A stretch of DNA of 64,000 nucleotides, taken from NCBI RefSeq assembly GCF_902713615.1, contig NW_024056015.1, positions 1-64,000 on the forward strand, written 5' to 3'. Source of the DNA: Scyliorhinus canicula (Eukaryota). The position numbers were made by a program, and so were the translations under genes. Positions 1 through 13,214 of the stretch are shown here, piece after piece; position 1 is the first letter of the stretch; every line of letters begins with the position of its first letter. The notes below the pieces were generated by a model. The model saw only the letters and a program-made list of their open reading frames with translations, was not told the origin of the DNA and made no database searches.

Positions 1-300
1 GGAACAAACCATTACATGGGGACATAAACTTAAGGTGAATGGTGGAAGATTTTGGGGGGGATGTCAGATGTAGTTTATTTACCCAGAGAGTAGTGGGGGC
101 ATGGAATGCACTGGCTGTGGAAGTAGTTGAGTCAGAAACATTAGGGACCTTCAAGCGGCTATTGGATAGGTTCATGAATTACGGTAGAATGATGGAGTGT
201 AGATTAATTTGTTCGTAATCTAGGAACAAAAGTTTGGCACAACATTGTGGGCCGAAGGGCCTGTTCTGTGCTGTATTTTTCTGTGTTCTATGTTCTATGT
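1..300 (+). mobile_element. 3' end of CR1-type LINE
   Basis: CR1-like 3' sequence (tttacccagagagtagtgggggcatggaatgcactg) ending in gggccgaagggcctgttctgtgctg and a (gttctat)n tail, as at the end of the 26050-29400 element. Confidence 0.75.
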
Positions 301-555
301 CTTTGCAATGGGTACAGGAAATTATTGTACCCTCTGTTACTTAGTGTTCTGTGCAGAGGCAAATGGTGGGGATGCCGAGGATGAGCAGTGTTTCAGTCGA
401 TTTCCCTGGGCCACGGAACACAATACAGAATTAAGCGCGAACTGTGTCCTTGAATAGACTAGATTTTCGCACTCTGTGCTGTTTATACCAAGGTGGTCAA
501 AACAGGTGGTCGTTCACACCATCTGAGCCAATTTCCGAAAATTTAAAAATAAATT

Positions 556-758
556 CAGAATGCCCAATTATTTTTTCCAATTAAGGGGCAATTTAGCGTG
601 GCCTCTCCACTTAACCTGCACATCTTTGAGCTGTGAGATGAAATCCAGGCAGACACGGGGAGAATGTGCAACTCCACATAAACAGTGACCCGGGGCCGGG
701 ATCGAATCCGGGTCCTCAGCGGCGAAGGCATCAGTGCCAACCATTGCACCACTGTGCC
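556..758 (-). mobile_element. tRNA-derived SINE (shark HE1-like)
   Basis: Reverse complement of the SINE head and body seen at 34347-34685. Confidence 0.8.
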
Positions 759-1693
759 AACCATTGCATCAATGTGTGGATTCTCCAGTTTTTTTCTTTG
801 CCGCTTTGGAAAATGTTCGGTGCAAATGACAAGGACGAATGGGATTTGGAGCAATATATATGTTTGAATGAACAGGCAGATTGAATGCCGTGTAACAAAA
901 TGTGGCGTTATCGACCATGGAACGAAAACTCATGACAGCATTAGGTCTTGAATGATGGGAGAAGGGAAAACATTTTCATTCAGTTGGACCTGTGTAACCT
1001 TATTATTGAATCACAGCAAGTTAACAGGCAGAGAAATGAAATAATTGGGAAGGCAAATTGTCAATTAGTTTTAATAACGAATGCATTAATGGATAAGATA
1101 AAGACGTGTTATTCAAATTAGGCAGAGAATCGGTGAGCTAATATCTGACTTGTGTATGCAGTTTTAGCCTCCTGAGCTAATGTAGTCTTATTTGGCGTCC
1201 AATGGCTCACTGGGTGTTTTCCTTGCATGCAACTATTTTTCTATGAGGAGGGATTGAGTGGACTAGATTTGGTTTTCCAGAACTTCGAAGAATTGCGGGT
1301 TATCTAATATTCTTCCTGGCCGGGAAAGCATACACAAAATAAATAACTTGCGATTTACGGCTGTAATGAGACGACATTTTTTCAAATCATTGCGTAACTT
1401 CTGCATTCTCGCCAACAGAGAACAGAGGAAATTCAGAAATTTCTAAAGTGACGAGAAGGGATCTTCCCATTTAGGTTCCTCGCAGAATGTTCGCAAAGGC
1501 ACCTTCCTATCAACTCCCTCAGTCTGATTACTGACGGTGACAGAAGTACACAGAACATTTTCATTTAAATTCATATTGTAATATTGTCAGTTAGATGTGG
1601 GGGGGGGGGGGGGGGGGCAGCTGGGAAGGAAGATCAATATTACAGCCAGGCTCGGAGAACAGAAAAGGGCAATTGAAAACGAGAGAACATTAC

Positions 1694-3300
1694 CAAACAC
1701 GGCCAACTATGCGTCACCCAAACATGGCGAATTGTATGTCTATCAAGTATGGCCGACTGCACGTCGCACACACATGGCAGACTGTACATCACAGAAACAT
1801 GGCAGACTGTACATCACACAAACATGGCAGACTGTATATCACACAAACATGATAGACTGTACATCACACAAAAATGGGAGGCTGTACATCACATAAACCT
1901 GGCTGACTGTACATCACACAAACATGGCAGACTACATCACACAAACATGGCAGACTGTACATCACACAAACATGGCAGACTGTACATCACACAAACATGG
2001 CAGACTACATCACACAAACATGGCAGACAGTATATCATACAAACATGGTAGACTGTACATCACACAAACATGGCAAACAGTATATCACACAAACATGATA
2101 GACTGTACATCACACAAACAAGGCTGACTCTACATCACACAAACCTGGCAGACTGTACATCACGCAAACATGGCGGACTGTACATCACACAAGCATGCCA
2201 GACTGTGCATCGCAGAAACGTGTTAGACTGTACATCACACAAACATGGCAGACTGTACATCATACAAACGTGGCAGACTGTATATCACACAAACGTGGCA
2301 GACTGTACATCACACAAACATGGCAGACAGTACATCACACAAACATGGCAGACTGTACGTCACACAAACATGGCAGACTGTACATCACACACACATGGCA
2401 GACTGTACATCAGACAAACATGGCAGACTGTACATCACACAAACATGCCAGACTGTACATCACACAAAAATGGCAGACTGTGCATCACAGAAACGTGTTA
2501 TACTGTACATCACACAAACGTGGCAGACTGTACATCACACAAACATGTCAGACTGTACATCACACAAATGTGGCAGACTGTACATCAGACAAACATGGCA
2601 GACCGTACATCACACAGACATGTCAGACTGTACATCACACAAATGTGGCAGACTGTACATCAGACAAACATGGCAGACTGTACATCACACAAACGTGGCA
2701 GACTGTACATCACACAAACGTGGCAGACTGTACATCACACAAACGTGGCAGACTGTACCTCACACAAACATGTCAGACTGTACATCACACAAATGTGGCA
2801 GACTGTACATCACACAAACAAGGCAGACTGTACATCACACAAACATCGCAGACTGTATATTACACAAACATGGTAGACAGTACATCACACAAACATGGCA
2901 AACTGTACATCACACATAAATGGCAGAATGTACATCACAGAAACGTGTTAGACTGTTCGTCACACAAAGATGGCAGACTGTACGTCGCACAAACATGGCA
3001 GACTGTACATCACACAAACGTGGCAGACTGTACATCACACAAACGTGGCAGACTGTACCTCACACAAACATGTCAGACTGTACATCACACAAATGTGGCA
3101 GACTGTACATCACACAAACAAGGCAGACTGTACATCACACAAACATCGCAGACTGTATATTACACAAACATGGTAGACAGTACATCACACAAACATGGCA
3201 AACTGTACATCACACATAAATGGCAGACTGCACATCACAGAAACGTGTTAGACTGTTCTTCACACAAAGATGGCAGACTGTACGTCGCACAAACATGGCG
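1694..3300. repeat. Minisatellite, 25-bp unit AAACATGGCAGACTGTACATCACAC, ~64 copies
   Basis: Direct tandem repeat; the translated ORFs show a 25-aa periodicity (3 x 25 nt). Confidence 0.95.
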
Positions 3301-3664
3301 AACGTCCTTTTGTTGTATGTCTGACGCTTGTGGCCCACATTTGAGGGATATTTCGTGTGAACAACCACTTTCTCGGGAAAATCGTAAAATACAGCCCTGA
3401 TTTTAAAAGAAGTCTGAGTTGATCAGTAGGTAGAACAGTTCAACTGTCTCATTGATTCTGTGACGGATTTCTCCGCCTAATTCTATTCTCTAGTTTGTTT
3501 TGTCGGCCGCTGCTGGAAACATATTTGTGACAGTTTGATTCGAGGTTAATGTGGGTTCTGCCATCGATTTGAGTTTGAGCGCCTGACAGCGCCGGTGATA
3601 AGTGTGGCTGCGTCTGCTCTAGATTCTACACACGAAGAGGAGCTCTCACTTACAATGTAAAAAC

Positions 3665-3703
3665 AGTTTTTGTACAGGGGTGAGGCTGCTTTGCATCACT
3701 GTG
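3665..3703 (-). other. 23-RSS of TCR V1 (CACAGTG-23-ACAAAAACT)
   Basis: On plus strand: AGTTTTTGT 3665-3673, 23-bp spacer, CACTGTG 3697-3703, abutting the V exon end. Confidence 0.95.
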
Positions 3704-4010
3704 AGGCTGAAAGCGCAGTAATACACGGCAGCATCACTCAGCTGCAGATCCCCGATAGTCAAACTGAGGAATTTCTTCGAGGTCTGGAGGTCAGTTGAGA
3801 AACGGACTTTAGCAAAGTCTGCTTTATCTTCATAACCCCCCGAGTGCTTCCTGAGTAAAAACTCGAGCTGTGAGTCTGGATGTTGGCGGTACCAAAATAA
3901 ATAATAGTTGCTTTGTATCGTATCATAGGTACAGTTCAAAATCACCGCTTTTCCTTCCGTCTGAACATCTGAGGACAGCGGCTGAGAGACAGAATCTCCA
4001 TGACTCTGAT
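3704..4010 (-). CDS. TRAV/TRDV: TCR alpha/delta variable segment V1, V exon (DQSHGDSVSQPLSSDVQTEGKAVILNCTYDTIQSNYYLFWYRQ...DAAVYYCAFS)
   Basis: Open frame with the V-set Cys, WYRQ and D-x-A-V-Y-Y-C motifs; acceptor tgttttgcag; followed by a 23-RSS. Sequence character is TCR Valpha/delta rather than VH. Confidence 0.92.
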
Positions 4011-4116
4011 CTGCAAAACATGTTCAAACGATTAAAGATCAGACGGACATGTGCTCAAAATTCAGATCCGACCCATGTTTTAGAAATGAAAAAAAATATG
4101 ATGTGTCCACAAATAC

Positions 4117-4162
4117 CTGTTAGAAATGCTCCCCACACAACCCAGATGCTGAGGAGCCGCAT
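4117..4162 (-). CDS. TRAV/TRDV: Leader exon of TCR V1 (MRLLSIWVVWGAFLT)
   Basis: 46-nt hydrophobic signal exon with a phase-1 G|GTATTT donor, in frame with the V exon across a 106-bp intron. Confidence 0.88.
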
Positions 4163-4233
4163 TGCCGCTGACCGCTCTGTAAAAGGGGAATCCGAGATCT
4201 GAAACCGTCCGTCCTCATCCCCACCCTCAATAA

Positions 4234-4267
4234 TCTGATGACGTATTTCAGAATGCTCAGACGTCAG
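4234..4267 (-). promoter_or_regulatory. CRE-like motifs of the V1 promoter (TGATGACGTA; CTGACGTCTG on minus)
   Basis: Two TGACGT cores 70-105 bp upstream of the ATG, with CCAAT-like gattgg further upstream; CRE-like elements are a known feature of TCR V promoters. Confidence 0.55.
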
Positions 4268-4325
4268 TTCCGTATTTCGCCAGTGGCACGGTGTGATTGG
4301 TTGATTAGAACTGGCTGTCACTGAA

Positions 4326-4428
4326 TGGGTTGTTGGGTTACGGGTATAGGGTGGATACGTGGGTTTGAGTAGGGTGATCATTGCTCGGCACAACATCGAG
4401 GGCCGAATGGCCTGTACTGTTCTATGTT
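4326..4428 (+). mobile_element. 3' half of HE1-like SINE
   Basis: Near-identical to 34570-34685. Confidence 0.8.
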
Positions 4429-4674
4429 CTAGATGCTGGAAGGATGATTCCCCTTTTGCGGGGAATCTATAAACAGGGGATGCAGCTTACAATATGGAGT
4501 CTCCCAATAATGCTGGAGATGGAAGGAATTCGTTTTCTCAGAGGGACATTAAACTTTGGGATTCTTTTTCCCAGAGAACACTGGAGGCCGGGTCATTGAA
4601 TAATTTTGGTGGAGGTCTTTGAATTATAATGGGTGTCAATGTGTCATAGGGATCAGGCGGAAATGTGGAGTAAA

Positions 4675-4849
4675 GGGGCTGGTTTAGCTCACCAGACTAA
4701 ATCGCTGGCTTTTAAAGCTGACCAAGCAGGCGAGCAGCACAGTTATATTCCTGTACCAGCCTCCCTGGACAGGCGCCGGAAGGTGGCGACTAGGGGCTTT
4801 TCACAGTAACTTCATTGAAGCCTACTCGTGACAATAAGCCATTTTCATT
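4675..4849 (+). mobile_element. Second tRNA-derived SINE family
   Basis: GGGGCTGGTTTAGCTCA head and gcttttcacagtaacttcattgaagcctact tail; a reverse copy lies at 21942-22124. Confidence 0.75.
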
Positions 4850-5269
4850 AAAGGCAAAGATCAGATCAGCTCTGGTCTGACTGAATGTCAGGACAGGTTC
4901 GAGAGCAGAGTGCTCGATTGGAACTCTTTGTTCTTACATTTGTCCGTACATATAGGTGAATTAGCTGCCCAAAACTTTGCTGTGTTGGTTTTATTAAAGG
5001 CGGAAGAAAGTCAGTGAAGTCTAGTTTCCTGTTTATTATTCCTGAAATAATATAGACATGTACTGTGGGTACTGCCCTAAATGATGGCATAACAGAAGAA
5101 CACATCAGGATATAATGTTTTCATTGTGCAGTTAATTTTGACATTGCTGACTTCTTCAAAGGACCATTCAGGAATAAATAGTTACAGTTTTCGTTTGTAG
5201 TTATTTCGAACGCAACATAGACGGGAAAGTAAGCATCAATAACACCCTCTTCTCATTCATCACCCCATG

Positions 5270-7620
5270 GGGTGGTGGTGGTGTAGTGATAATATCACTG
5301 GAAAAGTAATTCAGGCATCCATATTAATGGCTTGGGGAAAGTGTTGCAAATCCTGCCCTGGGAGCGAGATAAATGTAAATTTAATTAATATGAAAAGCTA
5401 GTGTAATTAATGGCACCCGGAAACTGTCGGTGGAAATCTACCTGGTTCGTTCGTGTACTTTATGGGAGGAAATCTGCCTGCCATACCTGCCGAGGCTGTG
5501 TGTTACTCCAAACCAAAGGTATGGCTTTTTAAAAATATCTTTTACGGAATGTGGGATTCGCCGGCTAGGGGAGCATTTGTTGCCCCTGCCTAATTGCCCT
5601 TGGCAAGGTGGCAATGAGCTGCCTTCTTTAACCACTGCAGTCAATGCGATGTAGTCACGCCCACTGTGGTATTGGGGAGAGAGTTCCAGGATTTTGACCC
5701 AGCGACAGTGAAGGAACAGCAATAGATTTGCAAATCAGGATAGCGGGTGACTTGGAGGGGAACGTCTAAGTGGGGGGGGGGGGGGGGCTTCCCAGATATC
5801 TGCTGCTCTTTACCTTCCAGATTGCAGTGGTCGTGAGTTTGGAAGGTGTTGCCAAAAGAGACTTGGTAAGTTCCTGCAGTGCATCTTGCAGTTGGTACAC
5901 ATTGCTGCTACTGTGCATCAGTAGTGGAGGGAGTGAATGTTTGTAAAGGGCCTGCCAATCAAGCGGCTGTTTTGCCCTGGATAGTGTTGCGCACGTCTTG
6001 AGTGTTGTTGGAGCTGCACAAATCCAGGCAGGTGGAAGTACTCTATCACACTCCTCAGTTGTGCTCAGTAGATGTTGGACAGGCTTTGGGGAGTGAGAAG
6101 GTGAGTTACTCGCCCCAGGTTTCCGCGCCTCTGACCTGCTCCTGTAGCCACAGTATTTAGATGGCTAGTCCGGTTCAGTTTCCAGTCAATGGTAACGCCT
6201 AGGATTTTGATAGTGGGAATTTAGTGATGGCAATGTTATTGAATCGCAACGGGGAGCGATTTGAATCTCTCTTATTTGAAATGGTAATTGCCTGGAAATT
6301 TTGTGGCGCTTGAATATTACTTGCCACGTGTTAGCCTTATCGTGGGTGTCTGGGTCTTGCTGCTTTTGCACGCGCACTGTTTCAGTGTCTGAGGATTCAG
6401 GAATGATGCTGAACATTGTGCAATCATCAGCGAACTTCCCCACATCTGATCGTATGTTGGACAGGAGGTCACTGATGAAGCAGCTGAAGATAGTTGGGCC
6501 TGGGACACAACCCTGAGTTACTCCTGCAGTGATGCCCTGGAGCTGAGATGACTGACCTCCAACAAACACAATCATCAATAATCTTCCTTTGTGCTAGGTA
6601 TTACTCCGGCCAGTGGATGCCTCTTCCCCCCCCCCCCCCCCCCCCACCCCCACCATGGACTTCAGTTTGGCTAGGGCTCCATGACGCCATACCCGATCAC
6701 ATGCTGCTTTGATGTCAAGGGCAGTCACTCTCACCTCACCTCCGAAGTTCTCGTTTTTCCATGTTTAAAGCAAGGCTGTAAGGAGGTCTGGAGCTGAGTG
6801 GCCCTGGCCGAACCCAAACTGGTGTCAGTGAGCACGCTATTGCAAATATGTGCCGCTTTATAGAAGAGTTGAGGACCCCTTATAACACGCTCCTGATAAT
6901 TGAAAGTGGACTCATTGGGCTGGTAATTTGTTATGTAGGATCTGTCCTTTTTTGTGAAAGGGAGCTAATTCGACAATTTTCCACATTGCCAGGGAGATGC
7001 CAGTATTGCAGCTGCACCGGAACAGCTTGGTCAGGCGTGTGGTAAGTTCTCGATTAGAAGTCTTCAGTACTTTGCCGGAATATTGTCAGGGCCCATAGCC
7101 GTTGCACTATCAGTGCTGTCAGCCTGCTCTTGCTACACGTGGAGTGAATCCTATTGGCTGAAGTCTGACATCTGGGATGCATGGATCTTTGCAGGAGATC
7201 GAGATGGATCATCCAATCAGCATTTCTGGTTAAAGATTATTGTCTTTTTCACAAATGTGCTGGGTTCCTTCACCATTGAGGATGGCGATGTTTGTGGAGC
7301 CTTCTCCAGCAGTGAGTTGTTTAGTTGTCCACCACCATTCACGGCTGGATGTGGCAGGACTGTGGAGCTGAGATCTGATCCGTTGGCTTTGTGATTGCTT
7401 AGCTCATCCCACCACTTGTTGTTTATGTTGTTTGGCATGCAAATAGTCCCGTGCTGTAGCTTCACCCGGTTGACATCTCACCTTTCTGGCATTTCCTCTT
7501 GCACCCGTCATTGAACCAGGATTGATCCCCTAGTTTGGTGATAATGGTAGAGTGGGGGTTATGGCTGGTCCTGAGAGGTTACAGATTATGGCTGAGTACA
7601 ATTCTGCTGCTGATGATGGA
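5270..7620 (-). mobile_element. Degenerate CR1/L2-like LINE (RT fragments) with an adjoining plus-strand SINE-like head
   Basis: Minus-strand ORF 6186-6578 contains AGVTQGCVPGP and FADDC reverse-transcriptase motifs; multiple frameshifts. Confidence 0.7.
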
Positions 7621-7824
7621 CCACAACTCCTCATGGTGCCATGTCTTGAGTTGCTAGATCGGTTATGAATCTACCTCATTTGACTCGATGGTATTACCAA
7701 ACAACATAGTGGACGGTATCCTCAATTTTAAGCCCAGACCTCATCTCCACAAGGACTGTGCGCTGGTCATTCATGCCAATACTGTCATAGCCAAATGCAT
7801 CCGCTGCAGCGCTTTGGTGAGGAT

Positions 7825-8225
7825 GAACATAGAACATAGAACATTACAGCGCAGTACAGGCCCTTCGGCCCACGATGTTGCACCGTCCTGTGATACCTTT
7901 CTAACGTCCATCTACACTATTCCCTTATCGTCCATATGCCTATCCAATTACCATTTGAATGCGTTTAGTGTTGGCGAGTCCACTACTGTTGCAGGCAGGG
8001 CATTCCACGCCTTTACTACTCTCTGAGTAAAGAACCTACCTTTGACATCTGTCCTATATCTATCTCCCCTCAATTTAAAGCTATGTCCCCACGTGCTGGA
8101 CATCACCATCCGAGGAAATAGGCTCTCGATGTCCACCCTATTTAATCCTCTGATCATCTTGTATGCCTCAATTAAGTCCCCTCTTAACCTTCTTCTCTCT
8201 AACGAAAACAGCCTCAAGTCCTTCA
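7825..8225 (-). mobile_element. 3' end of CR1 LINE
   Basis: ORF 7948-8226 LFSLERRRLRGDLIE...FFTQRVV plus a reversed (gttctat)n tail. Confidence 0.9.
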
Positions 8226-8475
8226 TATTATCCTTTCCTCATATTATCTTCCCTCCATACCAGGCAACAGGACTAGTATGTGTTTCCTTATTTCTGGTTT
8301 CCTCGCTACCTGTCACAGACCCAGTTTAGCAGTTATGTCCATGAGTACCTAGCCAGCTCGGTCAGTAATGATGTTACCCAGCCACTCTTGGTAATGGACA
8401 TAATCAGCAGGATATTTCCGTGACCATGTTTGACCATGAGATTGAATGCGGTCCAGAGTCAATATTTAAAAAATT

Positions 8476-8689
8476 TTTTTAGAGTGCCCAATTCATTTTT
8501 TTCCAATTAAGGGACAATTACCGTGGCTAATCCACCCACCCTGTACATCTTTGGGTTGTGGGGGCGAAACCCACACACACAAAGGGAGAATGTGCAAACT
8601 CCACACGGACAGTGACCCAGAGCCGGGATCGAACCTGGGATCTCGTCGCCGTGAGGCAGCAGTGCTAACCCTGCACCACCATGCTGTCC
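8476..8689 (-). mobile_element. HE1-like SINE
   Basis: Reverse complement of the SINE consensus seen elsewhere in the window. Confidence 0.8.
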
Positions 8690-8699
8690 TGCCGAGTCA

Positions 8700-9230
8700 A
8701 TATTGAGGACTCCCAGAGCATCTCCCTCCTGACTGTATACTACTGTGTCGCTATCTCTGCTGGCTTTGTCTTGCCAGTGACATAGGACATACCCCATGAT
8801 GTTGATGGTTGTGACTGGGACATTATCTATAAGGTATGATTCTGTCCGCATGACTATCGCAGGCTGGTGCTTGACTAATTTTGGGGGACTTTGCAGGGTA
8901 GACACGGCTCAGTTTGCCGTTGTGTCTGGGCCGATGCCGGGTAGTCCATCTGGTTTCTTTCCATTTTGTATTGACTTTGTAGCGGTTTGCTACAACTGAG
9001 TGGCTTGCTAGGCCATTTGACAAGGCAGCTAAGAGTCAACCATGTTGCTGTTGGACTGGAGGCACATGTAGGCCAGACCAGGAAATAACGGCAAATTTCC
9101 TTCCCTAAAGGACATAAATCAACAAGCTGTTTTTTTATTTACGACAATCGTCAATGGTTTGATGGTCATCAGTAGACTTTAATTCCAGATACTTATTGGA
9201 TTAAATTTTCACCACTTGCCCTGCTGGTGG
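8700..9230 (-). mobile_element. Degenerate LINE fragments
   Basis: Resembles the degenerate LINE-type sequence at 5270-7620; no long ORF. Confidence 0.45.
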
Positions 9231-10439
9231 AAATGTAATCAAAAAAATTAGGTTATTATCATTTGACCAACGGTAATATCTAAGGTCCAGCAGTCAGGAG
9301 GACCAGGGAATTTTTGAATGGGAAGGGAACGTTATGCGATAAGTGATGCAATGTTTCAGCTTCATTCACCCTGAGTCTGTAACCATGCAGTTCGGGGAAT
9401 TTCAGTTGGAGCAGGAACACAAATCCTCCCCACACCAACCCCGCACCACAGCCGCTGCCAATAGCAATGGTGCCACAATGATTGCCTCGATCATTTCCAG
9501 TTGGCAATAGCAAAAACATGTAACAACTGCACCATCTACCGGTGACCCAGGGAATTTTATTGTGTCCGCAACATCAATTAATTGTAAGTTCGTCAATGCG
9601 CAGTTTCCCACGACTTTTTATTGAGAGCACTGTTTCGCACAATTCGACTACAGAAATAGATCAAGAGAAATATCAATGAGGTGAAAGGAAAATGCATTCT
9701 CCGTAATTCCGGAATATATTCTTTGTCTCATTTTCGGACCTTTGGGCTGTGTATTCGCACTCGTTATATGTTCCTTTCTTTGATTTCTCCTTTCTCACAA
9801 TTCCAATTTCGATCCTCTGCACGAGGTCGTAAAGAGAGAATTCGCCCTTTCACTCAATAATACATCGAGGAATTATATTGTTTCGAAACATTGTGCTCAC
9901 CTTGTTATTCTGAGTTCCCAGTGATATTGGAATGCAATGCGTTATTGAGGTCACTCCCTCGGGGTGTTAGTGATCATAAACTCTCACTCATTTGGCCATG
10001 ATCACGCTTGACAAAGTGCTGCAGTGGTTTGCCGTTCTGTTCAGCACTATGGCTGATAACGAATCTCTCCCGCACTTATCACCTGTCATCAGGCATATTG
10101 GAAGGATTAATAGGTTGGTATCAACTTGTTTGAAACATGCCTTCTGTGGCCACCATGTCCTGAGGTAGGACTTGAACTCTGAGTTTCTGAGCCAGAAGTT
10201 CGGTCGCTACCACTTCACCAGAAAACCTCATTTTGTGCGAGAGAACCCGGAATTCAGATATAGGCCCTAAAAAAAATAATTGTTTGCAGTGAAGAGTAAC
10301 GGGGGCAAGAAACACTCAGCCGTCAGCTCCCTCCGCGGTGAATTGGCGGCTCATCAAGTTTGGGACAAAGACAGGTCTTCGAGCGAGATCTGGTGCAGAT
10401 CCACGTGTGAAACAGCGATTCTCGATTTATTCGGGAATA

Positions 10440-10618
10440 TTACTGAATGGTATTGCTTTTTTTAAACCCTTTTATTCACCACATTTTCATCATTTCAATC
10501 ATACAAACAACAAAACAAACAACCAACCGCAAAAACGGATCCGTCAATATACATTCTGAAACATCGTCTCTCAAATTCTAAAAAAATAAGTTAAAAAACA
10601 GAGATAAGAAGCCAACCC

Positions 10619-10649
<31 letters not shown>

Positions 10650-11620
10650 ACAGCGTTGGACAACAAGTTCCCGAAAGTGCATGATAAATAAACCACATGA
10701 ATTGTAGACCTCTTAGCATCTCTTAGCTCAAATGTCACCTTCGCCAGGGTCAGGGATTCCTATCTGGCCCCCGCCACGCCGAGGTACAGAGTGGAGAAGC
10801 CGACCGCCGCCCCAGCAGGACCCACCTCCGAGCAATCAGCGAGGCGAAGACGGGAACGTCTGCCCCCACACCCACCTGAAGCTCGGGCCGGTTCAACATC
10901 CCGAAAATGGCCACTAGGGGACCCGGCTCCAAATCCACATGCAACACACCCGACATGATGTCAAAAGATGTCCCTCCAATACCTCTCCAGTTTGGGCAGG
11001 ATCCAAAAACATGTACATGCTTTGCGGGGCCCATCCCATAGCGCACGCAAACATCGTCTACCCTTCAAAGAATCGACTCATCCTTATCTTTGTGAGGTGA
11101 GACTTTACAAGACTTTCAATTGTATCAGCACCAACCTCGCTCAGGAGGTTGGGGCATTCGCCCTCACACTACAGACCTTCTTCCATTACCTCCCCCAACT
11201 CTTCTTCCCATTTGGATTTAATTCCTTCCATGGACACCCTACCTTCCTCCAAAATCTTCCCATAAATCGCCAACACAACCCCCTTCTCCCACCCTGTCCA
11301 CCAACAGCGAGGGTGCTGGCGCTATTGGGATGCTCGGAAACTCCTTACTTACAAAGTCTCGCACTTGCAGATACCTAAACGTTTCCTCTTGTGCCAATCC
11401 GATCTTCCGCCCTAACTTCTCAAAACTTCCTCCCGGGAACAGATCTTTTCTGACCTTAATCCCCCTCTCCTTCCATTTCCGAAACCACCTATCCAGCCTC
11501 CCCTGCTAGAACCTATGATTCCCCCGAATCGGCATCCCCCTGACCCAGCCCCCAACTTAAAGTTCTGCCTCAACAGCCTCCAGATCTTCAACGTTCTCAC
11601 CATCACAGATTCCCAGAGGC
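10440..11620 (-). mobile_element. L1/Tx1-clade LINE ORF2 C-terminal fragment, degenerate
   Basis: ORF 10750-11046 begins with ..GPAKHVHVFGSCP.., resembling the CCHC knuckle (H-M-F-W-x-C-P) at the end of L1-clade ORF2; an A/T-rich tail lies on the left. Confidence 0.5.
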
Positions 11621-12774
11621 TGAAATGTTGCATTAGTTCATTTATTTTGCTGTCGAGCGTAAATTTGCAACAACCATTTCACCCTAAAACGTTTGTAGAT
11701 ATTGTGAACATGGCTTATAATAAAACAAGAAAAGTGATGCCTAATTAACAAGAAACAGAAGCACAGCTTACCTGACACTTTCGGTGTTTATTGTCCCTCT
11801 GTAAGTGAACTTCCCAACGTTTGAACCTTCCTAAGTGTCACTTCAGTAATGTGGTCTAGAATATCGTGAATCTCACTGAAGCCATGATCCATCTGGACAG
11901 AGAATGCAGACAGGACGTTAATAACAACAAAGGATTGTTTAACATTAACCAACAAGGGCATAAATTAGAGACGGTCTTGGCTGAAACGTACGGAGCTGTA
12001 GTCAACCAATAACAGAGACACTGTCTTCGTTGCTGAGGACCGTCATGCATCGGGGTACTGCACAAGCGATCCAAAAGCTTCGTTATTCAGTTTTAACTGT
12101 TTTGGTTGAAAGGAAAATCTAAAAATAATCTGTTAGGACTTCATCAACTAATCGTTGGACACACAGAAATTGAAGGATAGTTGGACCAATCGTCGTAAAA
12201 CGTGAGAGAATCAAAAACAACTGGAGTTTCCGACTGAACAACTGAGACTAATTGCAGCCGCTGGGGCTTTCTGAAAGGACAATCTAAACTGCATCCTCAT
12301 CCATCAACACCTTATGACTTTAAGTTGTTTTGTGCAATGAACACAGAAACATGATGACTGAGCCTCCAGTGGCAATGCAAGATAAATTGTTCTCTCACAG
12401 TTTCGGTTATTTGACCAGTTAAAAAAAGAATTCGGCATGGCCATCGACTGTGTCTACCTGTCTGTGAGGGTGTGTGTGTTCCTGTGTGTTTATTTGCTGA
12501 GAGTCTGTGCGGATTTCCAATGTTCTCCGTGAGGTTTGTGCTGTACAGCGGTGGGCGCTCTCTGATCACTTGATAGTGAGCATGATCCCCAGTTGTTCTT
12601 TCGAGATATGTAAATAGACAGGAAATTCCCGCTGAGCTGCTGAAACCTCAGCGCCTTTTCAATTCTATACCGCCTCCCTCCCCGGTCCCAGCATCAACAA
12701 CTTCACACTTATTAACCGTGTCGATGGTGGCTATGATGTGGAGTTGCCGGCGTTCGATTGGGGTGAGCACAACA

Positions 12775-12938
12775 AGAAGTCTTACAAAACCAAGTTAAAG
12801 TCCAACAGGTGTGTTTCGAATTACTAGCTTTCGGAGCACTGCTCCTTCCTCAGGTGAATTTGAGGAAGGTGCAGCGCTCCGATAGCTAGTGATTCGAAAC
12901 AAATCTGTTGGACTTTAACCTGGTGTTGTAACACTTCT
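12775..12938. repeat. Inverted pair of Penelope-like terminal sequences (hairpin, ~78-bp arms, 8-nt loop)
   Basis: Left arm 12775-12852 is the reverse complement of 12861-12938; the same sequence ends the Penelope element at 59175 and occurs alone at 56295. Confidence 0.85.
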
Positions 12939-13214
12939 AGCTGTATTCTTATTAACGATAGCGGATGAAATAAACTGAACATTTCCATCTACATTCAATA
13001 TTTATTAATTCGAGGCGAGCTATTTCAGATCAATTACATATCAAACGATCACTCTGACCAATTATGAATCGCCTCTCAGATCAAGTAGCGATCAATCCGT
13101 CGCTCGATCAATCAAGGATCAAATTGTTTACATGGTCTCCTCATTCTCTCTAATCTGCACAATGTCAGGTTAATGTCTCCTTGGCCTGCAGCGAACGGAG
13201 TTGCGGTTGCAGAT

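Noticed and set aside
2070-3400. Long His/Thr/Cys-rich ORFs (up to 401 aa) in three frames
   Set aside because: Products of the stop-free 25-bp minisatellite; no splice or promoter context.
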